DNA of 64,000 bases from an uncultured Nitrososphaeraceae archaeon (lineage in GTDB: Archaea; Thermoproteota; Nitrososphaeria; Nitrososphaerales; Nitrososphaeraceae): positions 42,050-106,049 of the forward strand of contig CAWGVG010000022.1 in the NCBI GenBank assembly GCA_963825865.1, written 5' to 3'. A model generated the notes under the pieces. The model was not told where the DNA came from and did no database searches. It was given only the letters and a program-made list of their open reading frames with translations. Every line of letters begins with the position of its first letter. Within the stretch, counting starts at the first letter, position 1. This document shows positions 22,578 to 34,101 of this stretch, in pieces. The position numbers and the translations under genes are program-made.

Positions 22578-22733
22578 TTGGAATGTCTTGGAATCGATTT
22601 GGAATGGAAAAAAATATTGGAATGATTTAATGATTACCTCATGTACCTATTTACTCTTTTCCAAATGCTTTCCAAACAGTTTTCCAAGCTTTTCCAAGGC
22701 TTTTTGTTGGAAAAATAATTATTCCAGTTGGAA
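22578..22733. repeat. Inverted array of TTGGAA/TTCCAA repeats
   Basis: TTGGAA at 22578, 22588, 22599 and 22617. TTCCAA at 22659, 22670, 22682 and 22692. Further TTGGAA at 22707 and 22728. Confidence 0.85.
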
Positions 22734-23163
22734 AAAATAAAATGTTTACTGCTAGTATTACTTTAGTTTACATACGGAGTAAAAGTAATACAGAATGACA
22801 TGTATACTTTAGTAAACTAAATAAAAAATGTAGAGATTATCTATTAATCCCAATTACTTATGTCTTTATTAGTTCGTCAACCTTTGTCTGGAAGATTCCA
22901 ATCTTTTGTTCCAGTCAATTCATTTACGATTTTATCCCTATTTTGTTTTTTCTTTGTCATTTATGTTTTGTTTCACCTCAAGTATTCAATGAATTACCAG
23001 TTAGCGACCAGAAGAAATTTCTGTTTCAGCTTTGGAATACAATTATAAAGAATTATGAAATGATTCATGGTGCACAACTTTCAAATTCATTTATTCTCTT
23101 AATGCTCAATGAAGCCAAGGATGCCAAAGTCCCAGAACTTGGGACTGTGGGTCTCAGAGAAGA

Positions 23164-23290
23164 GAGCAGATTATCAAATTTCTAGATACGAAAATTAAAA
23201 CCATCGAAGAAGATCCTGATGCGAGATGGATTACTACATGGAATCATTACATAAGCCGTATAAAATATTTTTTTAGATGGCTCTATAATG
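23164..23290 (+). pseudogene. Tyrosine recombinase/integrase N-terminal (core-binding) fragment
   Basis: EQIIKFLDTKIKTIEEDPDARWITTWNHYISRIKYFFRWLYN resembles the TxNxYxxxxKxFFRWL helix of integrase core-binding domains. Confidence 0.6.
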
Positions 23291-24146
23291 CATATAGTAA
23301 GAAAAATTCGGAAAGTTTTTCTGCTGCTTCGCACATAATGACCGAATACAACAGTAACAACCTTCTATGTATTGTCAAAGGGCGCCGGTACCCCCTTTTG
23401 TTGCACTTAGGATTAATTAGAAAGTAACAAAAACTGAACATGTACACCGCCTCATTCCTCTTTTAACCAAAGAGAGATAGGAAAACCTCTTTTCTGCTGA
23501 ATGATTGCAACAGTATATAACAAATCTTCTAAAGAGGAAAGAGAAATATTATTCAAGTATTCAAAAGGCCATTATCTTCTTGGACAGATTTTCCTTTATC
23601 AACAATTTATTCATAATGTAATCTTAGGAAAACCTAAGGATCTTGTAAACTCTCTCTCTTGATTAGTATTATAATTTCATCTTCTATTGTGTCTTTGTGT
23701 GGTACTTGTGGCAATAGTCTCCTGATGGTAACTTCGGTTGTGATGATAATGGAAAGAGATGAGGAGGACAATCAGGCTACAGTTTGACAGTCATTTTACC
23801 ATCTGCATCCATTCGGTAAGCCAGTGAATATACGGATAACAACGGCAAATGGATATACAGACTTTATGATTATGCTTGATTTTTATCGCCAAGGTTGTTG
23901 CTTGAGTAGTGATTCTTGATTGCAACAGAAGAACAGATATCAAACATGAGTCTATCTTTTCCTTTATGTCTTTATATTTTAATGGAAACAAACAAATGCA
24001 AATTTCCTATGATATGGTAACGGATCATGAACCCGAAACATTTAACGTTGATATTCTGATTGGCCATGAGTTGGGCATATCTGAATCTTATTGGCTCATA
24101 CAAAGAAGTATGTGCACAGTCTATTGACAATAAATGGAGTGGCTTT

Positions 24147-24884
24147 TTACTCTACCACTCTTCTATTTCCCCTTTTTTTGCCACCCAGTTTTGCAATAGA
24201 TAATTTTTGTAATTTGGGCATTCTTAAATCTGCTGGCATTTCCTTGTCTCCATAATATGGTACTATGTTATGTTTAGATACTTGGCTTCTAAAGCGTATA
24301 GGAAGTCCATGCCATACTGGATTTTGGCCATATAATTTGTTCAAAGACTTTATAGCCATATCTGTTGTTGCAGACATATCATTTGATGACTTCACTAGTG
24401 CTATTGTTGCACCTGCAAGTATATGCGCCGCATAAACCGTTTGTCCATCTGGACCTGGCTCTAATGATGGTTCGGTTCCATCTAGCAAATTATTGGTAAT
24501 TCTTGTCGTCAAGACTTCATCTACATTAGCCCAAGTATTTACATCTGATAAAGCATGGCCACCCAAAGTTAGCAGAAGTGAATTAGCAATTGTTTCACCC
24601 ACTATCTTTATAGTTTCACGCATTTGTTTATAAGGAACTGCAACATCGATATGCCATTGGCCATCTAGGTTTTGAGAAACAAGGTAAAATCCGCTTTTAT
24701 TTTCTATGTATTTATCAGCTATACTTTCAATCACATCAGCCCATTTATTTGCAATATTGACATCCAATTCCTTAGTATTGCATATAACATCTGCAACTAA
24801 AAATATCCTAAGACCATCTATTGGATGAACATCGCCTGATGGACCTGCTGTTATGAGCTTTCCTCCTCTAAGCGGAATTAACAA
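24147..24884 (-). CDS. Hypothetical protein
   Basis: 245-aa ORF with protein-like composition. No family recognised. Confidence 0.6.
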   Translation of the reverse strand: MLIPLRGGKLITAGPSGDVHPIDGLRIFLVADVICNTKELDVNIANKWADVIESIADKYIENKSGFYLVSQNLDGQWHIDVAVPYKQMRETIKIVGETIANSLLLTLGGHALSDVNTWANVDEVLTTRITNNLLDGTEPSLEPGPDGQTVYAAHILAGATIALVKSSNDMSATTDMAIKSLNKLYGQNPVWHGLPIRFRSQVSKHNIVPYYGDKEMPADLRMPKLQKLSIAKLGGKKRGNRRVVE

Positions 24885-25222
24885 GGCTGCCTAGACTAAT
24901 AGAAAGATTAAATTATCTTATCTCTTTTATTCTCTCCTCTCCTAATTCATCTTTGTCTTCATAATCAGATTCAGGCTGTATGTGAGGGATATCGAGCGAA
25001 GACAAACCCGCATATTGTCATGGTTTCTGCACCATACAAACCATTTGATGTATTAGAACAAATAGAGATCCAAATTCTATATTCAAAAAATTATCATATC
25101 ATTATTCAGTCGGATTAGGTAAGGACGTCAAGAACTATATATCAAATATTGAAATTGATATATTCCACACACCTTAAGTTATTTAGATCTTTTTTAGGAT
25201 AGCAGTGTTGTAAACCTGGTTA

Positions 25223-25465
25223 ATGATTTATGAGTGTCAAGGAGGTCATATAAGTTTCAGCAAGGATGACCTGAATACATGTGGAATGAGAGGATGTAAT
25301 AAATCAACTGTCATAATAAGTCCAATCGATATCAAATGGTTTTATAAAATTAGCGAAAAAGGACTATCTATTGATAAAAAAGATCTTCATAAGATAATTG
25401 AAGATCCAAATATGCCAAGAGATGTTAAAAAAGAAATAATAAAGATTTTCCCACATTTGTCATAA
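25223..25465 (+). CDS. Small Cys/His zinc-ribbon-like hypothetical protein
   Basis: YECQGGH...CGMRGC, 80 aa. Confidence 0.65.
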   Translation: MIYECQGGHISFSKDDLNTCGMRGCNKSTVIISPIDIKWFYKISEKGLSIDKKDLHKIIEDPNMPRDVKKEIIKIFPHLS

Positions 25466-25884
25466 TGGCGTATGGATTTTTGGTAAAGTGTATCTTACAT
25501 TCACTCCAGGAATTGTCCACGTATATTGTTCTTGTAATTTTTTGCTACTATATCTGTGCTATTATATCTAATTCCTTATTTTATAGCTCTATATGAATTG
25601 ATTAAGGACTTTAAAAAGGCATGGCTATAGCAAGAGAGAAGTGAATTCAAATTAGTCATGAATTCAGAATTCTCAACTTAAGGCTTGCCTATCGTGTTTT
25701 ATAATAAGTATTTTATGATATATGAGTACAAAAAACTGCCTTTGCTATTTGTTAAGTCATTGTGCCAAGACTCTTTTTGCAGACATTACAAAATTGCTTT
25801 TCCTTAATATCTATATCAAATATTGAATTACTAAAGTGCATCACACATCTTATATCTTTACAGTGATTCAAGCCAAAGACACAC

Positions 25885-25993
25885 ACAGCAAGGAGAAAAC
25901 AGAATAAAAGATGTAGCAACGAAGATTGGCTTTTCTCACTTCAAAAGAGTGCTTGAGACACCACTAAACATAGTTTATGAGGCCAAACCATAG
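25885..25993 (+). pseudogene. SAM-dependent methyltransferase C-terminal fragment
   Basis: GENRIKDVATKIGFSHFKRVLETPLNIVYEAKP*. Confidence 0.5.
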
Positions 25994-26417
25994 TTAGATT
26001 ATGGATAGAATGTAATAAAAAGAGGAAAAATAATTCCTCTTCTTTATTTTTTTACATTCTTTTTTTTATTCAATAGCCTTTAAAGAAAGCAAAAGATTAT
26101 GCTAGATTCAGGGGTAAAATGATAGAATAGCAAACATAGATAGAAATGAAATTCCATATGTATTGCATTTCATAAAACAAGCATATGAAAAAGGCTAAAA
26201 GAGCCTAATCTCTATCCCGTATCCTTTAACCTCTAAAAAACTTGGTTTGCTGTTATTGCCGTCGTTATTTCGCCAGTTTTCTGTTCTTGTTTTTCTTCAG
26301 TTACTTTATCAGACTTTTCATCTTTATTGTAATCAGGCTCCTTAGATTCCTTGTTGTTGTTACTTAACTAGGTATCTTTTTAATAATAGGACAAGTAACA
26401 GAATATGAGAAACTACC

Positions 26418-27378
26418 TTGAAGATGGGTATTGTTTTACCTATAGCAGGAGAGCAGGCTACAAGAGAAAATATAATTCAAATAGCAAAACAAGCTGAGAA
26501 AGAGGAGTTTGATTCTTTATGGGTTTGGGAAAGACTTGTGGTGCCATTAAAGTCACAAACACAATATCCATTAACTCCTGATGGATATGTAGGTATGGCC
26601 TTCCAACTGAGTTTCACAATGCTTTTAATAACTTGGAGACACTTAGTTTTGTAGCTGCAAATACAGAAAAGATTGCATTAGGGACATGTGTTATAGATAT
26701 GCTATTCCATACTCCTGTAATATTAGCAAGAAGATTTGCAACGCTTGATATTCTTTCGCGAGGAAGAGCTATATGTGGACTTGGCATTGGGTGGTTAAAA
26801 GATGAATATCAAGTTTCCAATATACCGTTTAAAGAAGAGGTAAAAGAGCAGACGAAGATATTCAAGTGTTAAAAAAGATAATGACAGACGATGTTGTAGA
26901 ATTTAAGGGGGAATTTTATAACATACCTGCTTCTAAAATAGGACCTAAGCCACTTCAGAAGCCACATCCTCCTATTTACATGGGAGCATTTAGTCCAAAA
27001 GCATTTAGAAGAATTGTAAATTATTCAGATGGGTGGATAGGTATGGTTGTTGAAACTCTTGAAAATTTTGAGAATACAATGAATACGATAAAGGATATGG
27101 CTGTTAAAGAAGCAAACAAAGATGCGAATAGATTCAAAATAGTTCTTTTGACATATCCAAAGGTGGAGGAGGATTCAAGTTCATCTAAAAAAGAAGAAGA
27201 AGGTCAAAGGCCTGCTCCATTGACTGGCACCATAGATCAAATAGGTGGTGATCTCAAAAGAATTAAGGATATGGGAGTAGAACATATCATATTCGGCTAT
27301 GATTTTTTGCCCATAGCTAGAGATGATATCAGCAATATGATTGGTATTACAAAACAGCTTTCTAAATTTTGTAGGTAA
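26418..27378 (+). CDS. LLM-class F420-dependent oxidoreductase (2 frameshifts)
   Basis: FDSLWVWER, LSFVAANTEKIALGT, LDILSRGR..GLGIGWLKDEY, PKPLQKPHPPIYMG. Confidence 0.88.
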
Positions 27379-27426
27379 AGTACAGAAACTATAAAAATAA
27401 GAAAAATGAATTTTTCGTTATTACCC

Positions 27427-27766
27427 TCATTGTTTCCAATTAGCTACCAACTCATTAAGCTGCATATCCGATTGAGCAATATCCAAACCATGTCCTTTCT
27501 TCAGATGTTCACGAAACTTTACAGCCCATGGTTCACTGGACGTAGCTAATACTTTAAATGAATGTTCAGGATCGTCTGTCTCATAACTGGCAACTGCGAA
27601 ATCTCCCTGTGGCAAATGTTGGACCCAAACCTGTTCACGTGATATTCCTGCTCGCCTTGAAAACTGCATCATGCTCTTTATTGTTAACGATATTTTCATC
27701 ATTCCATTTTCTCATTAGTTCTAATCCTCCAGGAAGTATAGGAACCGTAAAACAATAATTGGCCAT
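27427..27766 (-). CDS. Conserved hypothetical protein (frameshifted)
   Basis: MANYCFTVPILPGG..EHDAVF joins GISREQVWVQHLPQGDFAVASYE...HGLD. Confidence 0.6.
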
Positions 27767-28059
27767 ATTTTATTGAATATTGTCGTGTATTTAAACAAAT
27801 ATCTTCCAGAAAAATTAACTTTGAGAACTTTTTCAAAAAACCTGATTTGTTGTTATAGTTATAACTATGCCAAACGAGCTTGTACCCCATCCTGGATCTA
27901 ATCCCATCACTCCTTGAATAAGAGGAGGATTTGTTGCTACATAGTCAAGATAATATTCTATAATGTCATACTCGTTTGCAATTGCAGCATCTATATCAGC
28001 AGGATCGAATACATTGCCAATACCTCCCAGATACTTTAGGTTGTATTCCCGCCCAAAAA

Positions 28060-28175
28060 TTGTTACAAAGGAAAAGGGCGGTATCTGATCGTCTATGCAT
28101 ATGCTTACCCTATTATCTCGCTGAATATTGTTTGCTTTGACTGATGTGTCACCAGTGGTAAAAATGATATCCCCT
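28060..28175 (-). pseudogene. PPOX-class F420-dependent enzyme internal fragment
   Basis: GDIIFTTGDTSVKANNIQRDNRVSICIDDQIPPFSFVTIFG. Confidence 0.7.
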
Positions 28176-28234
28176 ACCTTACCTCAAATTAAAAATGGTA
28201 GCTGCTCCTGTATTGGAGGCATCCACCAATTGAA

Positions 28235-28790
28235 TTATTCAGTATTCTTTGACCCCTGCATTATTTCGTAAAGGAACCATTTGCGACGCTCTGTCTTGTC
28301 CAAAATGTCCTGGAGCAGGTTGCTAGTAGGAGAGTCTCGGTTCTCATCGCATACATTTATTGCATCGCGTATCATCTTCGCTATATGGCCGTTGTCTTCC
28401 ATCAAGATCCGAATCATTTCTCCAGGAAGTACCAAGCTTGCTGTTGTCATCTTCTATGGTTTGGAGCTGACCTATGTGACTTATACTTCGTATTGTTATA
28501 CCGCCTACTCTTCGCACACGTTCTGCCATTATGTCGATTGACTCCAGTATTGCTTCTGCGTGCTCATCGAACAGTTCGTGATAGTCTCTGAAATGTGAAC
28601 CATAGAGATGCCAGTGGAAGTTCTTTGTCTTGACATAAAGCGCAAAAGCATCTCCAATAAGTGGATTGACTGCATTAGTTATAGCTTTAGTCTCCTGTTG
28701 AGAAAGATCAGTCTTTGTAGCAAGTTGAGTAGGTACAGGATGCGATTCAATTTTGGTTTTTGTTGATTGCATTTCTTTGTACTCCTTCAA
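28235..28790 (-). CDS. dps: Dps ferritin-like DNA protection protein (frameshift near 28440)
   Basis: LYVKTKNFHWHLYGSHFRDYHELFDE, DIMAERVR, DKTERRKWFL. Confidence 0.88.
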
Positions 28791-29139
28791 AACCTCACTG
28801 GGTTAGGTGTCTATTGCTTAATACACTTTCTACCATCTAGCCAAACTTTTGTCAGATATCTGTTCTAATGATAATACACCATAGTAAATCTCTAAAAAGG
28901 TCATGAATTTCTTTCTCACCTAATGCTACCGAAATAGACTTCATCTTTAGATAAAGTTTTGTTCTAGCTGCTGGAACTGCTTTTTTACACTCTCTGCCGC
29001 TTCTTCTAATTTGCGCATTTCAGTATCCATTTGGACTCTTCTATCTCTTACCAGTCTGTCTACAGCTTCCCTTGTATACCTTAGCCTGTAGATTTTGGGC
29101 CTCACATTCTGACTTCAACAACTTTTTCCTTTCCTATTT

Positions 29140-29305
29140 CTTTCATCAAAGACTTCCTTTTGCTGCTGACAAACCGTTGAGTGCTGCCTGGAAATCCAGC
29201 ATAGACTGCCATTTGTATTATAACTTCAATAACTTCTGTCCACGAGCAGCCGACATTAAGTGCTCCATTAATGTGCACCTTCAATTGTGGTAACGCATTG
29301 CCCAT
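29140..29305 (-). pseudogene. Carboxymuconolactone decarboxylase (AhpD/CMD) C-terminal fragment
   Basis: PQLKVHINGALNVGCS..EVIEVIIQMAVYAGFP. Confidence 0.75.
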
Positions 29306-29541
29306 TGCTTAATTTCAAAAGGAGATCTAAAAATGACTACTAAACGAAAACCTATTCTCAAGAATCAGATATGATTGTGGCTGCAGTTACTTTTTGAAAA
29401 TGCTACAGAGGAATGGAACTGTAAGTTCAATAGATGAACGTGGATCCCACTTTGGGATATGCCAAAAACACCACGATAAGTTATGGGATGATATGGTAAA
29501 GTATGGTTATGCATTTGGTGAAAGGCGAGCAGACAGTAGAC

Positions 29542-29603
29542 GCAAGAAAGTGTAACCTATGTAGGTAATCTAAAGTGTAATCTATCACTGAAAAGGTACA
29601 ACA
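29542..29603 (+). mobile_element. Orphan right end of an IS481-family element
   Basis: 29 nt identical to 38064-38092 (GCAAGAAAGTGTAACCTATGTAGGTAATC), ending in the same GTACAACA|CTT terminus. Confidence 0.8.
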
Positions 29604-29686
29604 CTTTAGTCCTGAGGGATTTGAGCTTTGCTGGTAGAAACGTTTCACCTACTTTATGTTCGAGCTGAAGAAAGAGCTCAAAGACT

Positions 29687-30922
29687 TTATTTGATAATGT
29701 ATTGTCTACCTTTCCAGTTAACAGCATTTTTCTTAGTAGCATCAAGAATTGACGATACGAATGCAAAAAAGATGATCACACCAGCTAAAGGAGAACCTAG
29801 AGTATACAACATGTTTTGAAAAAGGGCGTACTTTGATTGTATGGCACACGTAGAAAATAAGAGAGCAATGGTTGCCATATCAATTAATAGCAAAAAGTCG
29901 TTTACAGAGACAGAATAACTATCAATGAAGAAAAGAGTAGTATTAAACAACAAAAATGGTAACAGAATAAAAGGCAGCAATAACAGAAGGAATGAAGAAA
30001 TAGTCATCAACAAAGCACTAGTTCTTTCCCTTTGATATAGTGGAATCATTAATCTACGAAGCCCATCTAACAGAGTATTAAGATCTCTTGCCCATATTGC
30101 TTCGACATATCTTTCTCCACGAACTACTTTCAATTTGAATTTCTCTTCTTTTACTTTTCTTCCTAAGGCACCATCTTCTACGATTTCGGATTTTACTGCT
30201 TTATGAGTACCAACTGCTTCATAGGTTTTTCTAGTTATTATAAAAAAACTTCCAAAGAGATATCCTGTCTTACTTTTTGGATTATTTGCACGTAATGCCG
30301 AATACTTTGCATATGAAAGAGTCCAAAGTAGGGGCAATGTTATCTTCATCAAAATATCCTCTTCTGATAATATCCTGGGTATTGCAGTAAGAGCATCAAG
30401 ATTTTGTTTTATCAAGTATGTTACTGCTAAAGACATTGTAGAGCTTGAATGTACTGTATCTGCATCTGTGAACAGGAATATCTCTCCTGTTGAGTTTAGG
30501 TAGCCTTGATAACACGCCCAATTCTTTCCAATCCAACCTTCTTCTTGTTTAGATTCTGCATTAATTGCTACCACTTTAGAATTTAAGATATGATACCTTT
30601 GAATTATTTCATCTGTTCCATCAGATGAGGAATCGTTAATAGCAACTATTTCAAAATTAGGATAGCTTTGATTGAGTAAACTATCAAGACATTTTGCAAT
30701 ATATTTTTCTTCGTTTCGCGCAGGAAGAATTACACTTACTTTGGGAAATTCATCCCTAATAATAGCATCTTGTTGTTGATTTATAGATTCTAATTTTGGC
30801 AATCGTTTGAAAGATATTATCGTATAAATTAGGAGGTACAACCATGCAGAGAAAATAGCAAACATTAATACACTTAATATAATGATAACTAAAGTTCCTA
30901 AATCGTAAGCATACGCATTCAT
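29687..30922 (-). CDS. Family 2 glycosyltransferase, membrane-bound
   Basis: VSVILPARNEE, NDSSSDGT, GWIGKNWAC, FTDAD, EIVEDGALG. TM helices at both ends. Confidence 0.9.
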   Translation of the reverse strand: MNAYAYDLGTLVIIILSVLMFAIFSAWLYLLIYTIISFKRLPKLESINQQQDAIIRDEFPKVSVILPARNEEKYIAKCLDSLLNQSYPNFEIVAINDSSSDGTDEIIQRYHILNSKVVAINAESKQEEGWIGKNWACYQGYLNSTGEIFLFTDADTVHSSSTMSLAVTYLIKQNLDALTAIPRILSEEDILMKITLPLLWTLSYAKYSALRANNPKSKTGYLFGSFFIITRKTYEAVGTHKAVKSEIVEDGALGRKVKEEKFKLKVVRGERYVEAIWARDLNTLLDGLRRLMIPLYQRERTSALLMTISSFLLLLLPFILLPFLLFNTTLFFIDSYSVSVNDFLLLIDMATIALLFSTCAIQSKYALFQNMLYTLGSPLAGVIIFFAFVSSILDATKKNAVNWKGRQYIIK

Positions 30923-30976
30923 TTCGTAAAAGGGTTACACTGGTCGTATATAAATAAGGAGAGCAGAGAGCAGATA

Positions 30977-31546
30977 GGCTTTGTAGAAACCATCGATTAT
31001 TATAGTAAGATTAGTTAATCTGTCGGTATTGTAGGCAATACATCTAAATGATAATTCCCTGTTTTGTGTTCTCACTAGTCTTAAAGTAACATATTCTCCA
31101 AACAGTCTCTTTATGACAGATATTATCGTTTCATCCTTGTTAGGTTGATTGTATAATAATTTGGTATACTCTCGCTTCATCTGCTTTCTATATCTACCAC
31201 GCGTCCTCCATATCGGAACATGCGCATATCTAGGAGGAATAACGCAGTATGCTTTTAGATCCTCTCTCACTAAAATATGATTCTCTTCACTGTCATAACC
31301 TTTGTCAGCTACTGCTACAGATAGTGGCTTGATTTCTGATGTTCTTGTTATAATTGATTTAAAATCTATATTGTCATGTTTTGTAGGAGCTCTCCTTATC
31401 TTGATAGTACTTGCCATCGAAAGAAGCAGAAGGCTCTTCCGTCCACATTTTGCGTATGATTTGTATTGCCTCTTCCAGCCTGAGCAATCTCTCTTGGTTA
31501 GATGGATAACTTTTATTCGACAGGCACGATATTGTCGGCAGCTCAT
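30977..31546 (-). mobile_element. IS5-family (IS903-like) transposase, 5'-truncated
   Basis: ADKGYDSE and the YNQ..K.ETI.SVIKRLFGE signature. Terminal GGCTTTGTAGAAACC at 30977 resembles the IS903 end GGCTTTGTTGAA. Confidence 0.82.
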
Positions 31547-31587
31547 AGTTTTAGAACAATTATTAGGAATAATGCCTATATTTAACT

Positions 31588-32007
31588 ATGAGTCAAGGAA
31601 GCAATAATAAAGTAACCGATCCTTCTGTTCGAAAAATCTTCGAAGGTAAGAACTTTGTTTTTATATCGTCAATTATGAGAGACGGCTCTCCTCAGGTTAC
31701 ACCAACATGGGTAGATATTGAAAATGGCAATATTCTTGTTAATACCGCAATAGGTAGAATAAAACATAAGAACATTTCGCGAGATCCTCGAGTAGCGCTG
31801 GCAATAGCTGACCAAAATAATCCATATGATATGGTTACTGTAAGAGGAAGAACAATAGAGCAAGTAACTGGAGATGCCGCTGAAGAACACATAGATAAGA
31901 TGGCAAAAAAGTATATTGGTAAAGATAAATATCCTTTTAGGTCACCAGGAGAAAAGAGAGTCATATTAAAGATAAAGCCTGAAAAGGTATTTCATATGAA
32001 GCAGTAA
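31588..32007 (+). CDS. PPOX-class F420-dependent oxidoreductase
   Basis: DGSPQVTPTW, GRIKHKNISRDPRVAL, IDKMAKKYIG..YP...EKRV. Confidence 0.9.
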   Translation: MSQGSNNKVTDPSVRKIFEGKNFVFISSIMRDGSPQVTPTWVDIENGNILVNTAIGRIKHKNISRDPRVALAIADQNNPYDMVTVRGRTIEQVTGDAAEEHIDKMAKKYIGKDKYPFRSPGEKRVILKIKPEKVFHMKQ

Positions 32008-32075
32008 GCAGTAACAATAAAGATTAATTTATTTAGAAGATCAGTAGAACGAAAGATGTTTTCTTCTCATTAAGA

Positions 32076-33265
32076 ATGAATTTGAAAGTAAAGAAGAAAA
32101 ACAACCAGAACAATATAAAATTTGGTTGTTACATATACCAAGATGGTTTAAGATATAAAGATGTATTACGTATTACATTAGAATGCGAAAGATTAGGATA
32201 TGATTCAATATGGTTAAAGGATAACTTTATTCCTTGGATTCAGGATTATCTGATATCGCGATTAAATAATAACAATAATAACGTCAAAGGTAGAAGCCTT
32301 TCAAAGCATCAATATCCACAACATCAACTTAATCAACTGCAGCAATATCAAGAACCACATGAAAGAAGGGTAATGCTTGAATGTTGGACTGTGCTCTCTT
32401 CACTTGTAGCCTTAACTAGAAAAATAAAACTTGGCGCGATATTAGTCAATCCATATCGTAACCCCGCAATTGTAGCAAAAATGGCTACTACTTTAGATAA
32501 CATAAGTAATGGAAGATTGGAACTTGGACTAAGTGCTGGTTGGTATCAAAAAGAAGCAAAAGCATACGGAGTGGCATTTCCATCAGGTTCTACTAGAGTT
32601 GAGATGTTAAAAGAAAGCATTATAATAATAAGGAAAATGTTGCACTCCAGTAACAACAATAAAAACAATAATAATGCCAAACTTTCTTTTAAAGGAAAAT
32701 ATTACAATATATCAAATGCAGAATGCAATCCAAAACCAATCCAAAAACCATATTTACCGATCTGGATTGGCGGAGGAGGAAAAAAGACTCTTGATATAGT
32801 AGCAAAATATGCCGATGGTTGGAATTATGGGCTTTGCTCTTTTGAGGAGTATTTACAGAAAACATCTTTTCTAAAGCATTATTACAATATTGATAATAAT
32901 AATAATAAAATAATAAAGTGACCGTCAGAAATTATAAAGATATAATCAGAGGGTGGCATGGTATTTTACTTCTGGGTAAAGATGAAGAGGAATTGAAGAA
33001 AAGAAAAAACAAATTATTAGATAAAAAAGGAAAATGGAAAGGTTCGAATCTTATTATAAGTGGAACACCTAATACAATATTAAATGAAATAACCAGATAC
33101 TTGAATATCGGTGTAACATATTTTACGATATACTTTCCAGATTTACCAGATACAAGGTCTTTACAATTATTTGCAGAGCATATTATTCCTAATGTTAGGA
33201 GTCTTGACATGCGGTTTTGCTCTAAACTGATGATGGTGGCTAACCTTGGAATAATATTGGCTTAG
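32076..33265 (+). CDS. LLM-class flavin/F420-dependent oxidoreductase (split near 32918)
   Basis: GYDSIWLKD, LECWTVLS, YRNPAIVAKMATTLDNISNGRLELG, PKPIQKP.PIWIGGGG, GTP..I. Confidence 0.88.
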
Positions 33266-33506
33266 TAAAATACAAGATAATTAGATATGTGTATAACTAA
33301 CTCCTATGTTAGTTTGTTTCAACGAATCTTCGATGTGTTATATGGAGCATCAGTTTAATCTTGTCGGTTTCTACAAATGTATCTTTTTAGATATCATTGT
33401 ATATATGCACAATCGTTTCAATCCTTTATCTCAGTCAGTATCTAACATAGCTCCATTAACAGCGACCAGTCTAGCTGTTGGCCAGTTCGTAAGCCCCATT
33501 GTTTTA

Positions 33507-33800
33507 CTATGAACAGGGACTCTTCGAAGCGTCTATCTTTTTGGATTCACCATATATTTCGTAGTAAACCAATTCATGAATCGGCAGACGGTTCTTTCTC
33601 TTACCTTTCAACCTACTTGCAGGATATCCAAAGCCTATTATGACAGAAGGACTCAGCTGGTTTGGAATTGCAAAGTCCTTTCTAAGTTTTTCTTCCCTTA
33701 TTCCTGTAAACAGGCCTGACCCTATGCCATGATTCCAAGCGGCCAGTTGCATATTTTGTAGCACCCTTCCTGCATCAATTAAATGAAAAGTTTCCATGTA
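33507..33800 (-). pseudogene. Nitroreductase C-terminal fragment
   Basis: IDAGRVLQNMQLAAWNHGIGS...IIGFGYP...KNRLPIHELV. The N-terminal part of ORF 33507-33974 is unrelated sequence. Confidence 0.75.
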
Positions 33801-33930
33801 TGTATACATACATATGTTATTCCGATACAAGCATCGGTCCCTGTCAGTTACGCCATCATACTTACACCATTTAAGTAATTCAATTGACAGTTCCTCAAGT
33901 TTCATTGTCGAGTTCGAGTTTATCTGTTCG

Positions 33931-34014
33931 GCTGATCTGATTGCAAGAGTTGAGGACGAGCTTGTCGCCGGCAAACTGGACAGCGAATTCCCGCTCTATG
34001 TTTGGCAGACCGGC
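33931..34014 (+). pseudogene. Class II fumarase (FumC)-like 28-codon fragment
   Basis: ADLIARVEDELVAGKLDSEFPLYVWQTG matches the FumC FPLxVWQTGSG region. Confidence 0.65.
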
Positions 34015-34101
34015 TGGAGTTGATATGTGGTAACAGATAGATAATGAAGATCCAAATATGCGAGATCTGTTTTATAATGTAGAGGACATAAAAAACAGCA
34101 T

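Noticed and set aside
22578-22733. CRISPR array or chromosomal oriC
   Set aside because: Units are 6-7 bp with 4-12 bp gaps and no cas genes are present. There is no cdc6/orc1 nearby and no ORB G-string.
33507-33974. Full-length 155-aa nitroreductase
   Set aside because: Only the C-terminal ~95 aa are nitroreductase-like. The rest is read-through of unrelated DNA, including the antisense of the FumC scrap.
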